This document shows positions 20,077 through 30,951 of a stretch of DNA of 47,503 bases, in pieces. The notes under the pieces were generated by a model. That model saw nothing but the letters and a program-made list of their open reading frames with translations. It searched no databases and was not told where the DNA came from. This DNA comes from a virus (lineage: Duplodnaviria > Caudoviricetes), in the IMG/VR virus record IMGVR_UViG_3300033562_000984, positions 1-47,503 of that record; one strand, 5' to 3'. Position 1 is the stretch's first letter. The number at the start of each line of letters is the position of its first letter. A program made the translations under genes and the position numbers.

Positions 20077-21998
20077 GGTGAGACCTCTAATTCACAGTTC
20101 GTCATCCACTCATCTTCGAATGAGCAGTCGTATGGTTGATATAATGCTTGATATGCCTTATTGAGGATGGTAGGAGGGCTTAGGAACAGCTTACCGTACT
20201 CTGCAGTCAACACTGCATAGAAGCCCTGGAATACCGTATTAATAGGCTTTATCTTCCTGATAGTCTTGGCTATGATTGGGAATTGATCGCCCATTCTAGA
20301 TACATTGAGATTATCCTTCAGCATGTCGAATTCTATTCTGAAGTGTGGGCTTGGATACCAATCAGACTGTACAGTATTCCCTAGCTTAGGGTGTGACTTG
20401 AACTGGTTTGCCATTTCAGATGCTATTGTGTCTTGATCCTCTGCAAGTTCATTATTAGCGTCAGCAAACTCATCAATATCACCACTAATCAATCGACTAT
20501 CAATAAATGCAGCATATCCATCTGCTTTACTATCACCCATTGTATATAAGCTAATAATCCTACCAACCAATCCGAAACTAAGCAATACCATTTCGATACC
20601 ACTGTCAGTTCCTTTCATTCTATTATACTCTGGCATATTAGCAACGATCTGACGTAGAACTAATTCCTTCTCAGCCTTACTCTTATAGTATGAATTCTGG
20701 TTGATTTCCTCTTCGTCAGTTTCCATTGAATATCCAAAGTGATGAGCTATCACATTCATATAATCATAGTCAAACACTTCAGGGTCTTTAGAATAAGCCA
20801 TTCTATATATCTTCTCTCCGATAGACGCTCCCTTAGCCGCATGTCTATATTGATTCTGATACGAGAATGAATTGTAAAATACTTCAGGGTGTTGATACTT
20901 AGGTATCACTAATAGAGATGAAGCGATGCAAGGAATGTCCGAGAATATGAATGGAGTTAAACTTGATAGATCGTTTACGGGGACTGTTAGGTTGAATGAG
21001 CCATTCCCTATGATAGCGTTCAGAGTATCAAGGATCTTAGTCATTGTAATTACAGTATCTGAGATATAAAAACTAACCCTAAACGAACTGTTATATACAC
21101 CCGTAGGTAGAGTTGCAAGTAATTCATCATATGTCATGGGGTGAGAACTACTAAAATCCGGCGTTGTATTATAGTCAGTTGCATTTGAAATCATATAGAA
21201 ATATGGAATCTTTCGCTCTTCTACTGAAAATAAGACACTGGTATTACCTCTAAATCCATCAAAGTCAGTCTTGAACATATCTAGATCACATGCATAGTAG
21301 TTGAATACTATTCTAGAATATTGAATGTCATACTTGAAAAGACCTTTCAATTCACTTAATGTAATAGTTTCCTCATCTGGACTTGCCTTATAGGTCGAGT
21401 TTAATGTGGAGATGAACATTGAAACGCCATCAAATATATTAGTCTCGCTTGGATATTTGACTAATACCTGACTGATTGCATCATAAAAATCAGAAACCTT
21501 CGCGTATTGTTTCGGTTCATTATAGTAAGAATACAGTCCAGTATTTCCTCCAAGTAGCACTGTACTGTTCTTATATTGATATTCATCCATCTCATCAGCG
21601 TCAATAGCCCATGTAGAAAGGTCACGCTCCTTGTCATATTCTTCTACGCTTTTAATAGCAGCAATATCATACGAGAAAGCCTGCGCCATTGCATTCTTAT
21701 ACATCAAAGTGTCGTGATTATAAGGTCTCAGTACTTGAGTATAACTCTTAACATTATTAGATGAATCACATGTAGATGAATTCGGAGCTTTATAATTATA
21801 GGTTATTGTAGGTTCAGGGATTACTCTATATCCATCATTTAGATAATCTTGAAACATATAAATGATCTTCATTAAATCAGGTCGTCTTTGAATATGAGAT
21901 GGCAACATCGAATAAAAATCGATGTAACGATGTAAACCTTTAGGAGTTGTAGGCTCTAAAGTATAATTATATACATTGCCTTTGTAAAATTCGTCCAT
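20073..21998 (-). CDS. Baseplate wedge subunit (gp7 / P2 gpI-like)
   Basis: LRQIVANMPEYNRMKGTDSGIEMVL and IRKIKPINTVF. Confidence 0.7.
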   Translation of the reverse strand: MDEFYKGNVYNYTLEPTTPKGLHRYIDFYSMLPSHIQRRPDLMKIIYMFQDYLNDGYRVIPEPTITYNYKAPNSSTCDSSNNVKSYTQVLRPYNHDTLMYKNAMAQAFSYDIAAIKSVEEYDKERDLSTWAIDADEMDEYQYKNSTVLLGGNTGLYSYYNEPKQYAKVSDFYDAISQVLVKYPSETNIFDGVSMFISTLNSTYKASPDEETITLSELKGLFKYDIQYSRIVFNYYACDLDMFKTDFDGFRGNTSVLFSVEERKIPYFYMISNATDYNTTPDFSSSHPMTYDELLATLPTGVYNSSFRVSFYISDTVITMTKILDTLNAIIGNGSFNLTVPVNDLSSLTPFIFSDIPCIASSLLVIPKYQHPEVFYNSFSYQNQYRHAAKGASIGEKIYRMAYSKDPEVFDYDYMNVIAHHFGYSMETDEEEINQNSYYKSKAEKELVLRQIVANMPEYNRMKGTDSGIEMVLLSFGLVGRIISLYTMGDSKADGYAAFIDSRLISGDIDEFADANNELAEDQDTIASEMANQFKSHPKLGNTVQSDWYPSPHFRIEFDMLKDNLNVSRMGDQFPIIAKTIRKIKPINTVFQGFYAVLTAEYGKLFLSPPTILNKAYQALYQPYDCSFEDEWMTNCELEVSP

Positions 21999-22004
21999 TC
22001 AGAA

Positions 22005-22010
22005 TATTTA
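22005..22010 (-). promoter_or_regulatory. Late promoter TAAATA (divergent pair, left)
   Basis: ATAAATA, 6 nt, ATG 21998. Confidence 0.75.
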
Positions 22011-22020
22011 TCAAGCATAA

Positions 22021-22026
22021 TAAATA
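22021..22026 (+). promoter_or_regulatory. Late promoter TAAATA (divergent pair, right)
   Basis: ATAAATA, 6 nt, ATG 22033. Confidence 0.75.
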
Positions 22027-22032
22027 ACTCAC

Positions 22033-23631
22033 ATGAAGTCTGCGATTTTAAATAGTGCCTTGCCATATATGACAGCTAATACAGACCCTGGAGTTTGGCT
22101 GTCTGTTACGCATTTTCAATTGGCTTGGGTGTCTACAGAAGAGCGTCTAGCTAATCCAGTTACTGAGAATATGAGTGAACTTGTGCAACAGTCTCCCTCG
22201 GATGGTAAGGTCAAGGGTGATATTATATACAATATATGGCAGACCCCATTCTCTGATGAGCAATATGCAGGTAGCTTCTATTCTCTAAAAGAAAGCTATG
22301 CAAAATACTTTCAATATGAATACGATTCTTGCAATAAGAAGAACATTCTAAAATCAAATCAGACGAATCCAAATGTAAATGCAAGCAACTGGCCTTCTGA
22401 CTTAAGCAGTAATAGTTTTCCTTATGGATTTTCGTTGGATGGATATGTAAACCCTTCAGCGTCAACTCCTAATCCAACTCAAGCAGGCAGTGAATTAACT
22501 GAAGCTAATATTCCATATTACCTAGATTATAGCGTAGTAGAAAATCAGCATTCTGGGGTTACTACATTCTCTAAACTATTCCCAATAAAATCATATCATA
22601 GGATTAATGGAGATGATGCATCTTCTACAATAGTAAACTATAATCTAAACCTACCTGCAATTTCGTCTAGCATTGCAGATCAGATTAATTTCTATGCAAA
22701 TGCTATAGGTAATTTCAAGTTTAATCGAGTTGGTCTTTACATGACGGTATGTACTAAGACTGACCCAACAACTGGAACTGGTAAAGATTATGTTCCAATG
22801 GCTAATGTAGAACCTATTCTATTTGCGGTAATTGATCTTGGAACTGATGGATGTTCTGGAAATGAAATTACATTCGAAGTGTTCAAGACCAGAAGCGATG
22901 CAGGTTTTGCTGGCTGGGACTTCGATGCTCAATTAGGACTTACCACTAATACAATAGACTATACTAAGATCTGTGATAATATTGCACAGGCGACTACTAC
23001 GTTCTATGTAGACGCTATAATGGATGATGCTGTTAGAAAGTATCAACTAGAGATAATGAATAATTCCTCATTAGTTGAATCTGTAATGCAGCTACAAATG
23101 ATGGTACTTCAGCTATCAAATGCATTCCAAGACCTAACAGGGATGAACCCACTGTCAATAGCACAGTCACATGGATATAGTGTTGAAGCTGCTTTAGCTG
23201 TTGATCGAGAGTATAACATTTCAAAGACTAATGGTAATAATAGAATGCTCCTAGATGCTATGGCATATAGAGGGGTGAATACTAATGGAGTTGAGTATAT
23301 CAATCAGGCTAATGGATTGTTCAGCCTAAATGCTTTTTCTGCTAATAATCCGTTGAATAACGGTGATATCGTGAAGATCACCTTGTATAATCTAGATGGT
23401 TCGTATTATTCTAGTAATGGTGTTGATATTGCTTGGTGGAATGGTTCTATAGTATTTGCTAATTATGATGGTGTTTCTAGAGTTAAAATCTATGAATTGA
23501 CTTCAGATTTAATCAAAGGAATTGACTATGCTAAAGTCACTTTAATGTTCTCATTCTCTTCTAGTTTAGAAAAATGGGTACTCGAAACTGTTTCAATTAT
23601 TGACGAAACCTCAACAGTATCACCGCTATAA
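22033..23631 (+). CDS. Putative baseplate/fibre-attachment protein
   Basis: VTHFQL, GNFKFNRVGLY and ILFAVI resemble tail collar/fibre-anchor domains; short coiled coil followed by a beta domain. Confidence 0.5.
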   Translation: MKSAILNSALPYMTANTDPGVWLSVTHFQLAWVSTEERLANPVTENMSELVQQSPSDGKVKGDIIYNIWQTPFSDEQYAGSFYSLKESYAKYFQYEYDSCNKKNILKSNQTNPNVNASNWPSDLSSNSFPYGFSLDGYVNPSASTPNPTQAGSELTEANIPYYLDYSVVENQHSGVTTFSKLFPIKSYHRINGDDASSTIVNYNLNLPAISSSIADQINFYANAIGNFKFNRVGLYMTVCTKTDPTTGTGKDYVPMANVEPILFAVIDLGTDGCSGNEITFEVFKTRSDAGFAGWDFDAQLGLTTNTIDYTKICDNIAQATTTFYVDAIMDDAVRKYQLEIMNNSSLVESVMQLQMMVLQLSNAFQDLTGMNPLSIAQSHGYSVEAALAVDREYNISKTNGNNRMLLDAMAYRGVNTNGVEYINQANGLFSLNAFSANNPLNNGDIVKITLYNLDGSYYSSNGVDIAWWNGSIVFANYDGVSRVKIYELTSDLIKGIDYAKVTLMFSFSSSLEKWVLETVSIIDETSTVSPL

Positions 23632-23634
23632 ATA
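23627..23634 (+). promoter_or_regulatory. Late promoter TATAAATA (full T4 consensus)
   Basis: Overlaps the stop of the upstream gene; 5 nt, then AAAGGT SD, ATG 23651. Confidence 0.75.
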
Positions 23635-23650
23635 AATTCAAAGGTAAAAA

Positions 23651-26600
23651 ATGATTAACGAACAAAGAGCACTTACTACATTAGATTTAACTCTAAAAAA
23701 TGCCTTCGAAACATTGAACAAGTTCAGCGTATGGGCATCTACTCCTAATGCAGATGTTACGTTTAATCTATTAGACGCAATGCCTACGTTAAATTCTAAC
23801 GGAAGCGGAATATTTCTTAAGCCTATCAAAGTACCATCCTTTAATTCAATTACTACCACAATATTCGGACCTATAGGTAACACTTCAAGTAGAACCATTA
23901 ACTGGGGTTTGACTTTTCAGGCTAATGGTAATGATTGGACTTTTCAAAACTACTCACCTGCAGGTAATAGCTCTAGTCCAGTTGCAACTGGAAAGAAATC
24001 AAACTTAAATGTTCTCGTTGACTCTAAGTTCGGAAATGTAAACACTAAAGTAAAAATCACAAACACTAATGTACAGGAGTCTGGATATTCTTATAGTGCT
24101 ACATATGACGCAGCTTCTAGTATCTCATTCTCTGATAATACTCACAATGGAGTAGTATATCTAAGTGCGCTCACATCTTCACTTAAAAGTCCATCTCTAT
24201 TACTAGGAGCGGATGTCACTACTGGAGTAGCATCGTCAACTCTTAGTGCTAGGTTAAAAGGACTGACGATTTCTAATGGAAGTAGAAACATATTACAGTA
24301 TTCATTCGTAAACAATACTGGGAAGAATACTATACATCTAGGCTCTTTGAATTCAACTTACGACACTACAGTAATGGGTGGAAATGTAAGCATTTTAGGT
24401 TATTCGGGTCGATCACTCGCACTATCGGTTGGAAGCGAATATGTACACGATCTAAACTTACTCTCCTCTATACCGAGTACCAAGGGGTATGACATTTCAT
24501 TGGCTGTTCCGGATAATACTACCATAACGTCAATGATTATCGGTGATGTAACCTCACTAGATTTAGCAGCTAGTAACCGATTCTTCCTGCATTCAGCTAA
24601 TGACTATATTGATAGTAATGATACTGACGGTGATTTTGTAATAGGATCTACTAAAAAGTTACAATTAAATGGTGGATCTTCACTTGTACTCGCGTCAGAT
24701 TCTAAGGTTTCTATTGGAATTGACACTGAAAGCGGAATAACCGAAGAAATTGTAGTAACTAAAGGTATGGTAACAATACCTAATCTTTTCATATCAAAGA
24801 AGTCTAATTTTTCACTATCAGGTCTCAAGCATAGGTCTGTATTATATCCTGCGCTATCACTTGAATACATTCCTCTACAAAAAGAATCCACTAGTATCCC
24901 TAAGGGTTACAGTAGTGCAGTTGAATATGTGGTTGATATTGTTAATAAGATCAACGTGAACTTAGATAATGTATCTGAATATGATGTAACGATAAACGAT
25001 TTTAGTGGAACTAAGAAATCGTACCTTGTTTTTTATAAAGATTCTAGAGTGTACATGTACACTTCAAATGCAAGTTCAGGTAATAATCTTGAGGGGGCTT
25101 ATTCACAGTCAACCTTAGTTACTAGTATTCCATCTATAATCGATTCTGTTGAATATCCTAGAGTATTCAGTTCTGATAATTACATGTACATAATTGTAAT
25201 CAGAATTAATAGTATTGATATTTACTACAGTAGTGATTCGGCTATATTCACTAAACTAACTTCAATTGCAAATAGAGGTGACTATTCATATGACTTGATG
25301 AAGGATTTCTCAATGGATATTACTTCAAAATCAAGCGGCATTGAAGATTCTATTTGGATGGCCTGTTCATATGATCTAGACGCTGCGTCTACATTTAGAG
25401 CGTGGTCGTATAATCAAGATCAAGGTCGCAGCGGAACTGATATTATCAATGTGTATAATAACTGCGGAGTTCCGGTAGTAACTAGAAATCCTAATGGATT
25501 TCAAGGAGCTTTCCCGTCTATTCGAGTTGATAATCCAACTGGATATGGATATCAGGTCAATGCCTCAGCTAAGATTAAGAGTCAGAGTTACATTAATAGC
25601 TTAGACGGAACTACATATGCCATCATAGCAGTGCCAGTATTCTACTCAGATCCTAATACTGTCGGTTCTACTAGCGTAGTAGGTACTGCATATGCTAAAG
25701 CCGTTGTACATAATAATGTTGTTGCGTTTTTAGATGAAGGCGTATACTACACCGGTGGAAGTATTTACTATGCACCTAATTACACAAAACCATATTCAGG
25801 TTCAGGGCCAGGTTCATATGAACAGGCTGGTAGAATAATCGATTTTATGTATCCTCCTAACAATACTGGAGAATTTACATCATATGTAAATTATGACAAC
25901 TTAGATTCGCGTACCAGTTACAATAAAATATTATCCCAGTCTACCACAAATAAGCACCTAGTATATTCGTATGTCTCTATTAAAGACACGTCAATCAGGT
26001 TAAATTCGATGGTTGATATTGATACTGGTAATATATACACTCAGGGTAATATACCATATAACCTTGATAGTCCTGCAGGTTCAACTAAAATAGGTTATTC
26101 TAGAGTACTTGCAAGTGATTGCTATTCTAGAAATAATCCAACAGGTATCGCATATACCATAGGTCAATCTGAATATCTACTAACTCTTAATGGTGGCACT
26201 GGTTATGTTAAGGGTTCATATGACATTAATGGTTCATATGTAGACTATTTTAATGTAGGAGCTTCGATACTACCTGCATCTGACTATCGATTCATGTATA
26301 GTAATACTGTTAGTGGTAGAAATAACTATAAGCTGAAGACTGTTTCGCCTATAGATGAAGTTGACACTAGTAGCATATACTCTAAGGATAATGAACTAGT
26401 TGCTATTGTGGATATGTCATCGACATCTATAACATGTCGCGATATTAATGACCTATTATATAAAGAAACATCGTCAACTCCGATTGAAGTTTTTAGCTGT
26501 AGTACTAGTGCAATGTATGTAACATTAGATGGAAGTGTTGCATCTAACCTTAGCAAGGGTTCATATGCAGGTGAATCGTATTCTACTATAATCGCCAATA

Positions 26601-27166
26601 TTCACATTGAACCTATTTCTTACATAGCTAAGAATAGAAATGTTGATATTGATGGGGTTTCTTTTGCAGGTTATACTATCAACAGGGAATCTAATTTCAA
26701 TGGATATCGCCTAGTGCTAGAGAATAATAGCAGATCTGGTTATAAAATACCGTTCTATAGCAAGTTAAAAAACAGTCAAATAAGCCAGTCATCATATAAC
26801 ACATCTAAATCAAATACTGCAGGTAGTGTTGATTTTGAACATAACCAAAATGGTATTGTATATGTAGTAACAACTGCATCCTATACATATGTAATATTCC
26901 TTAATAGTGAGGATGTCTTTTCGTATGACGGTGAGTTTATTATCATAAATGACGCGCATGTGGTTATTAAAATCGAGAATCGCTATCTAGATCCAAACCA
27001 CGGTGATTTTGATAGTACTGTTTCAATTGTAAATGAATTTGGAAATGTAGTTTCTATTAGATGTGACTATATAAGCGGATTTAGATCTGGTAACACTTCT
27101 ATTGTAAATCCAGCTTCAATAACGACAGGTTTAACTGAAATAGGACAATCTGGAGGTGGATGCTAA
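23651..27166 (+). CDS. Putative tail fibre / receptor-binding protein
   Basis: 1171 aa, S/T/N/Y-rich beta composition; baseplate context; N-terminus resembles that of the next gene. Confidence 0.55.
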   Translation: MINEQRALTTLDLTLKNAFETLNKFSVWASTPNADVTFNLLDAMPTLNSNGSGIFLKPIKVPSFNSITTTIFGPIGNTSSRTINWGLTFQANGNDWTFQNYSPAGNSSSPVATGKKSNLNVLVDSKFGNVNTKVKITNTNVQESGYSYSATYDAASSISFSDNTHNGVVYLSALTSSLKSPSLLLGADVTTGVASSTLSARLKGLTISNGSRNILQYSFVNNTGKNTIHLGSLNSTYDTTVMGGNVSILGYSGRSLALSVGSEYVHDLNLLSSIPSTKGYDISLAVPDNTTITSMIIGDVTSLDLAASNRFFLHSANDYIDSNDTDGDFVIGSTKKLQLNGGSSLVLASDSKVSIGIDTESGITEEIVVTKGMVTIPNLFISKKSNFSLSGLKHRSVLYPALSLEYIPLQKESTSIPKGYSSAVEYVVDIVNKINVNLDNVSEYDVTINDFSGTKKSYLVFYKDSRVYMYTSNASSGNNLEGAYSQSTLVTSIPSIIDSVEYPRVFSSDNYMYIIVIRINSIDIYYSSDSAIFTKLTSIANRGDYSYDLMKDFSMDITSKSSGIEDSIWMACSYDLDAASTFRAWSYNQDQGRSGTDIINVYNNCGVPVVTRNPNGFQGAFPSIRVDNPTGYGYQVNASAKIKSQSYINSLDGTTYAIIAVPVFYSDPNTVGSTSVVGTAYAKAVVHNNVVAFLDEGVYYTGGSIYYAPNYTKPYSGSGPGSYEQAGRIIDFMYPPNNTGEFTSYVNYDNLDSRTSYNKILSQSTTNKHLVYSYVSIKDTSIRLNSMVDIDTGNIYTQGNIPYNLDSPAGSTKIGYSRVLASDCYSRNNPTGIAYTIGQSEYLLTLNGGTGYVKGSYDINGSYVDYFNVGASILPASDYRFMYSNTVSGRNNYKLKTVSPIDEVDTSSIYSKDNELVAIVDMSSTSITCRDINDLLYKETSSTPIEVFSCSTSAMYVTLDGSVASNLSKGSYAGESYSTIIANIHIEPISYIAKNRNVDIDGVSFAGYTINRESNFNGYRLVLENNSRSGYKIPFYSKLKNSQISQSSYNTSKSNTAGSVDFEHNQNGIVYVVTTASYTYVIFLNSEDVFSYDGEFIIINDAHVVIKIENRYLDPNHGDFDSTVSIVNEFGNVVSIRCDYISGFRSGNTSIVNPASITTGLTEIGQSGGGC

Positions 27167-27864
27167 TGATTACTACTATTGAGAGTTTAGCCGATCAACT
27201 GAATATACTGAATGCTAATTCAAGGGAGATTCTATATAAGCTGTACTTATGGGATACTGTTACTGATGTAGATACTATCCCAGTGACGCTTAGGGTTCCG
27301 GATGCTCCTTATTACCAGACCTTTAACATTCCAACAAAATCAGCAGCTTCTTCTTACATGGCAGGGGCTGCTAGTTCTCAAAAGACTAGTAAGAATGTTA
27401 AGAATTGGGGTAAGTATTCTACAAACGAAGATCTACAAAATCCTATTACATTTAAGAAGACTGTTTCAACTGACGTTAATTATATGTATTATGATGGGCC
27501 TGATATTGAAGGGGCAGTATCTATTGAAATATCAGATGAGTTTGCTGAGATTGGTGATACTTTTGAATTTATATGTTCAGTTGCAAGTGGATTTCCTCCA
27601 AGTGATAGTGCTTTGTTTAAATTTACATCCAATGCAATCTCTATTTGTAAGCTAGGTAATGCACCTTTATCTACAGTATATGACGCTGCAGTTTCAACTC
27701 AATCATTTCCTATTGTATATAAAATAAAATTCCAATATGTACCCGACGAGAATATGAACAATTCTTGGCAAGTATTTGATCTATATGCAATGCCTACTTT
27801 TAGATATGATGGTCAAGGTACTTTCAAGAAGGCAAGTGTCTTCAGAGATCCTACTCATCTATAA
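27160..27864 (+). CDS. Putative fibre/baseplate-associated structural protein
   Basis: Coupled to the upstream gene with SD GGAGG; N-terminus resembles 23651..27166. Confidence 0.5.
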   Translation: MLMITTIESLADQLNILNANSREILYKLYLWDTVTDVDTIPVTLRVPDAPYYQTFNIPTKSAASSYMAGAASSQKTSKNVKNWGKYSTNEDLQNPITFKKTVSTDVNYMYYDGPDIEGAVSIEISDEFAEIGDTFEFICSVASGFPPSDSALFKFTSNAISICKLGNAPLSTVYDAAVSTQSFPIVYKIKFQYVPDENMNNSWQVFDLYAMPTFRYDGQGTFKKASVFRDPTHL

Positions 27865-27867
27865 ATA
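27860..27867 (+). promoter_or_regulatory. Late promoter TATAAATA
   Basis: Contains the upstream stop codon; 5 nt, ATG 27873. Confidence 0.75.
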
Positions 27868-27872
27868 TTGGA

Positions 27873-30266
27873 ATGTCTGATCTGCCAACATTTTTGAAGT
27901 ATATTCAAAATAGAATTACTGTCAATGAAAAAGTACTTAATTCACTAACTGAGATTCTAGTTTCAAGTGAATTAAGTACTACTATTGTTAACTCTCCGAT
28001 CATCAAGTCAGACTATATGCACATTGATGACACTTCATATCTATATGGAAGAGCGGCTGAACCGGCTGATATGTTCGGTGGATTGGATGCAAATAGCTCT
28101 GATTACCCTGTTATTGATTCATTTGAGTTAGGTGAATTCCCTGATATTCTTAATGACGATCTAAGTAAAACTATAAAATCACTAATATCTATTAATGAAG
28201 TAAATGAGCTTAGTTTTGGTACGATATATTCCACAATAAACCGAATCAAATTACAAGAGAATCGTAGGATACTTAGAAACTCTATTAGACAATGGGGTAT
28301 GTTTTCGATTGGATCTAAGTGGCCAGCTTCATATGGATTAAGTCATAATCTAAAAAACAATTGCACTGTCGAAACAAATACAAATAAGTATTCATTCCTT
28401 AAACTAAACCCTAATATTGACGCTAAAACTCATTATATTAAAATCAACTCAGCTTCTATGGATGTTGGTAGTAAAGAAGTACCTGCAGTGTTTGTACTAT
28501 TGGATTCATTCGATTCGGTTGATGGGGATGAATTTCAGTTCAAGGTATCATATGAAGGTGGCGGTTCTACTTCACCTGCCATAATGTTCTTCGATTCGTC
28601 ATATAATTCAAATGCAGTACCACTTCCATCTATAGATGAAAATCGAGATAACGGTGAATTAAAACTGAACAATTCTATCAAAATAGACGGGGTTGACTAC
28701 ATATATACAAAGGCAACTAATCTACCCCAGAATGTTTTAGCTGAATATAAAGTTGACGCATCTGAATATGTATTTGTATCGAAGCAAGAGTCAAATCAAA
28801 GAATTCTTAATTCAGTTGGTGTAGAATTATATGATATTCTAGGTCAAAATCTAACCAGAAAATCATATATTGCACATGGAATTACAGAGTCTAATAGTCT
28901 AGTAGTATATTCAACTGAGACTTTAGATATTGTATCTGAGGCTATTGATAATATTTTCACCTCTACAATATCTAAAAGATTGTTCATTGAGAATTCTAAT
29001 GCAACTCTAACTGGTAGCAGGCTATCATTTAATGGAGGTGGCGTTTCTGCATGTTTTGGTAGACCTGCCTCGTTCTTTAAAGCCGATTTAACGAACACCT
29101 CACTGACAATACCTCAGCAGTATTCTAATACCCTTGAAGGATATCCGGGTAATGTACTACCTCAGTATAAAGGAGAGATCATACCTGGACCTGACACTAA
29201 TCCAGATAATAATGGACTGTTAATGTCATTTGATGTAAATCTTGATAATATTTCAAGTGATAGTGTTGCCATTAGAATAGGTCATTTTGAAACAGCAATT
29301 GCATTGAATTTGAAACTCACTGCTAGTGGAGTATTAGGGTGTTTTGACGGAGTTGTAGATTCTTATGCCGATGTGAACACTTCAGATAATCTAAAGTCAT
29401 TTGATTTTGGTTCAGAATTAACTATCAACTGCACTGTCTCTGTGATATCTATTAATGATATTTTACACATCCGCTCTATTATTAAGAACAGTACTACAGT
29501 GTTTGATACAGGATTAATACCATTACTTCCAAAGAAGGATATGGTTTATGCAAAGAGAGCATTAGGTTCAAAGTATACCAGTACCATTGAAGCTAAATTC
29601 GAAAGTCTTGATTTATATGCTAACTGGAGTCCTGTTTTAACTACTGTGATTTCTGGATCAACTACAACAGTCCATGTTAGTAACTTCAAACTAGTACATT
29701 CTTTATATAAAGAAGAATTAGAAATGTTGAATTCTAGAGCACTTAAGACTGATTTGATAACATCCGAAGACTATTGGAATTATGGTAATGTTGAAGGTTT
29801 GTTTAAAACTATAGTATTAAAACCTGAAGATGTTAAGGGTTTTATATGTAAGATTGACGGTAACTCTTTGAATTCATACGCAAAGGATTCAACTCAAACT
29901 TCAACCGATAATTCATTTAGAGTTGGCGTTACATATAATGCTTATAAAGGTCCTGTATATGTTCAGAGAATGCTCGAATATACTCCAACTAAGACGGTAA
30001 AGTCTAACAAATTAACTGTAGATGTAAACGAAGATTCTATCGTCAATGAATCAACTTCAAGTGTCTTTGTAAATCATGAAACCAATCAGGTTTTAGTTTT
30101 AGATTTAAGTTCAAGTGATGTTGATGATGTAAAGCAGACCGTGATATATGAAAATCCAATTGAATATTCACCTGACGTTGCTCAAATATCTGACGATTCT
30201 AATATAGATAATGTAGATGGTTTCTTTGGATGGAAAATTAATACCTTGTATCAAGTAATAGCTTAA
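27873..30266 (+). CDS. Hypothetical virion structural protein (fibre-associated)
   Basis: 797 aa, beta-rich, late promoter. Confidence 0.5.
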   Translation: MSDLPTFLKYIQNRITVNEKVLNSLTEILVSSELSTTIVNSPIIKSDYMHIDDTSYLYGRAAEPADMFGGLDANSSDYPVIDSFELGEFPDILNDDLSKTIKSLISINEVNELSFGTIYSTINRIKLQENRRILRNSIRQWGMFSIGSKWPASYGLSHNLKNNCTVETNTNKYSFLKLNPNIDAKTHYIKINSASMDVGSKEVPAVFVLLDSFDSVDGDEFQFKVSYEGGGSTSPAIMFFDSSYNSNAVPLPSIDENRDNGELKLNNSIKIDGVDYIYTKATNLPQNVLAEYKVDASEYVFVSKQESNQRILNSVGVELYDILGQNLTRKSYIAHGITESNSLVVYSTETLDIVSEAIDNIFTSTISKRLFIENSNATLTGSRLSFNGGGVSACFGRPASFFKADLTNTSLTIPQQYSNTLEGYPGNVLPQYKGEIIPGPDTNPDNNGLLMSFDVNLDNISSDSVAIRIGHFETAIALNLKLTASGVLGCFDGVVDSYADVNTSDNLKSFDFGSELTINCTVSVISINDILHIRSIIKNSTTVFDTGLIPLLPKKDMVYAKRALGSKYTSTIEAKFESLDLYANWSPVLTTVISGSTTTVHVSNFKLVHSLYKEELEMLNSRALKTDLITSEDYWNYGNVEGLFKTIVLKPEDVKGFICKIDGNSLNSYAKDSTQTSTDNSFRVGVTYNAYKGPVYVQRMLEYTPTKTVKSNKLTVDVNEDSIVNESTSSVFVNHETNQVLVLDLSSSDVDDVKQTVIYENPIEYSPDVAQISDDSNIDNVDGFFGWKINTLYQVIA

Positions 30267-30272
30267 TAAATA
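30267..30272 (+). promoter_or_regulatory. Late promoter TAAATA
   Basis: ATAAATA, 5 nt, ATG 30278. Confidence 0.75.
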
Positions 30273-30277
30273 TCCAC

Positions 30278-30895
30278 ATGGCTAAGATTAAGAAACCAAG
30301 AGGACCTAAATTAGATAGAGTTCTCAATAGGCTGGTTCAGGGGTGTTCGAAGATGATATTCGGACCTCTACCTGTTTTCCTAAGAGAGGACGACACTCTC
30401 AATAATGCGTGTTTAGAATATAACATTTCAGGTTTTAATTGGGCTGGTGTCATAGCTGGTTTCTCCACTAGTAAGTTTTTTGGAACTCATATTCACGTTC
30501 CTAATTCAGATGTAAATGACAATCAAGAGTTCATGGTTGAGTTTATAATCGATTCTAATTTGGATAATTATTATCTAATGAGGCAATGGGTGTCCCTATA
30601 TAAGAGCACTGAGGAGAGGCTTGATTATAATACTCATACAGGTGAACAACAAATATGGGATGCTCAGAGAGCATGGTGTGATTTTGTTGATGTTTGGGTT
30701 GTAGATAATATGAATGTACCTGTGGCTATTATTAGATATGAACAGGTATTCTGTTATCAACTAGGTGATATTACAATGAATTTCAATTCAGCTCAAGAAC
30801 TTAAGACTACTGCAAACTTTAAATATAATAGAGCTAGGATAATTAGAGATCCTCGCGATGTCCAAACTATCTTACATGAGACTATGCTAACGTAA
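30278..30895 (+). CDS. Tail completion / tube terminator (T4 gp3-like)
   Basis: FMVEFIIDSNLDNYYLMRQWV...IIRYEQVF..QLGDI...TANFKY. Confidence 0.8.
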   Translation: MAKIKKPRGPKLDRVLNRLVQGCSKMIFGPLPVFLREDDTLNNACLEYNISGFNWAGVIAGFSTSKFFGTHIHVPNSDVNDNQEFMVEFIIDSNLDNYYLMRQWVSLYKSTEERLDYNTHTGEQQIWDAQRAWCDFVDVWVVDNMNVPVAIIRYEQVFCYQLGDITMNFNSAQELKTTANFKYNRARIIRDPRDVQTILHETMLT

Positions 30896-30925
30896 CCGAA
30901 ATTTACGAATGACATTAAAATCAAC

Positions 30926-30931
30926 TAAATA
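30926..30931 (+). promoter_or_regulatory. Late promoter TAAATA
   Basis: CTAAATA, 6 nt, AAGGAG SD, ATG 30952. Confidence 0.75.
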
Positions 30932-30951
30932 TAAATCAAGGAGTAAACGAA

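Noticed and set aside
15041-30266. Diversity-generating retroelement or invertible fibre cassette
   Set aside because: No reverse transcriptase or recombinase, and no near-identical repeat pair noticed by eye. A self dot-plot would be needed to exclude one fully.
1-30895. Bacterial contractile injection system, T6SS or tailocin
   Set aside because: Portal, protease, scaffold, capsid and neck genes plus T4-type late promoters indicate a complete phage.
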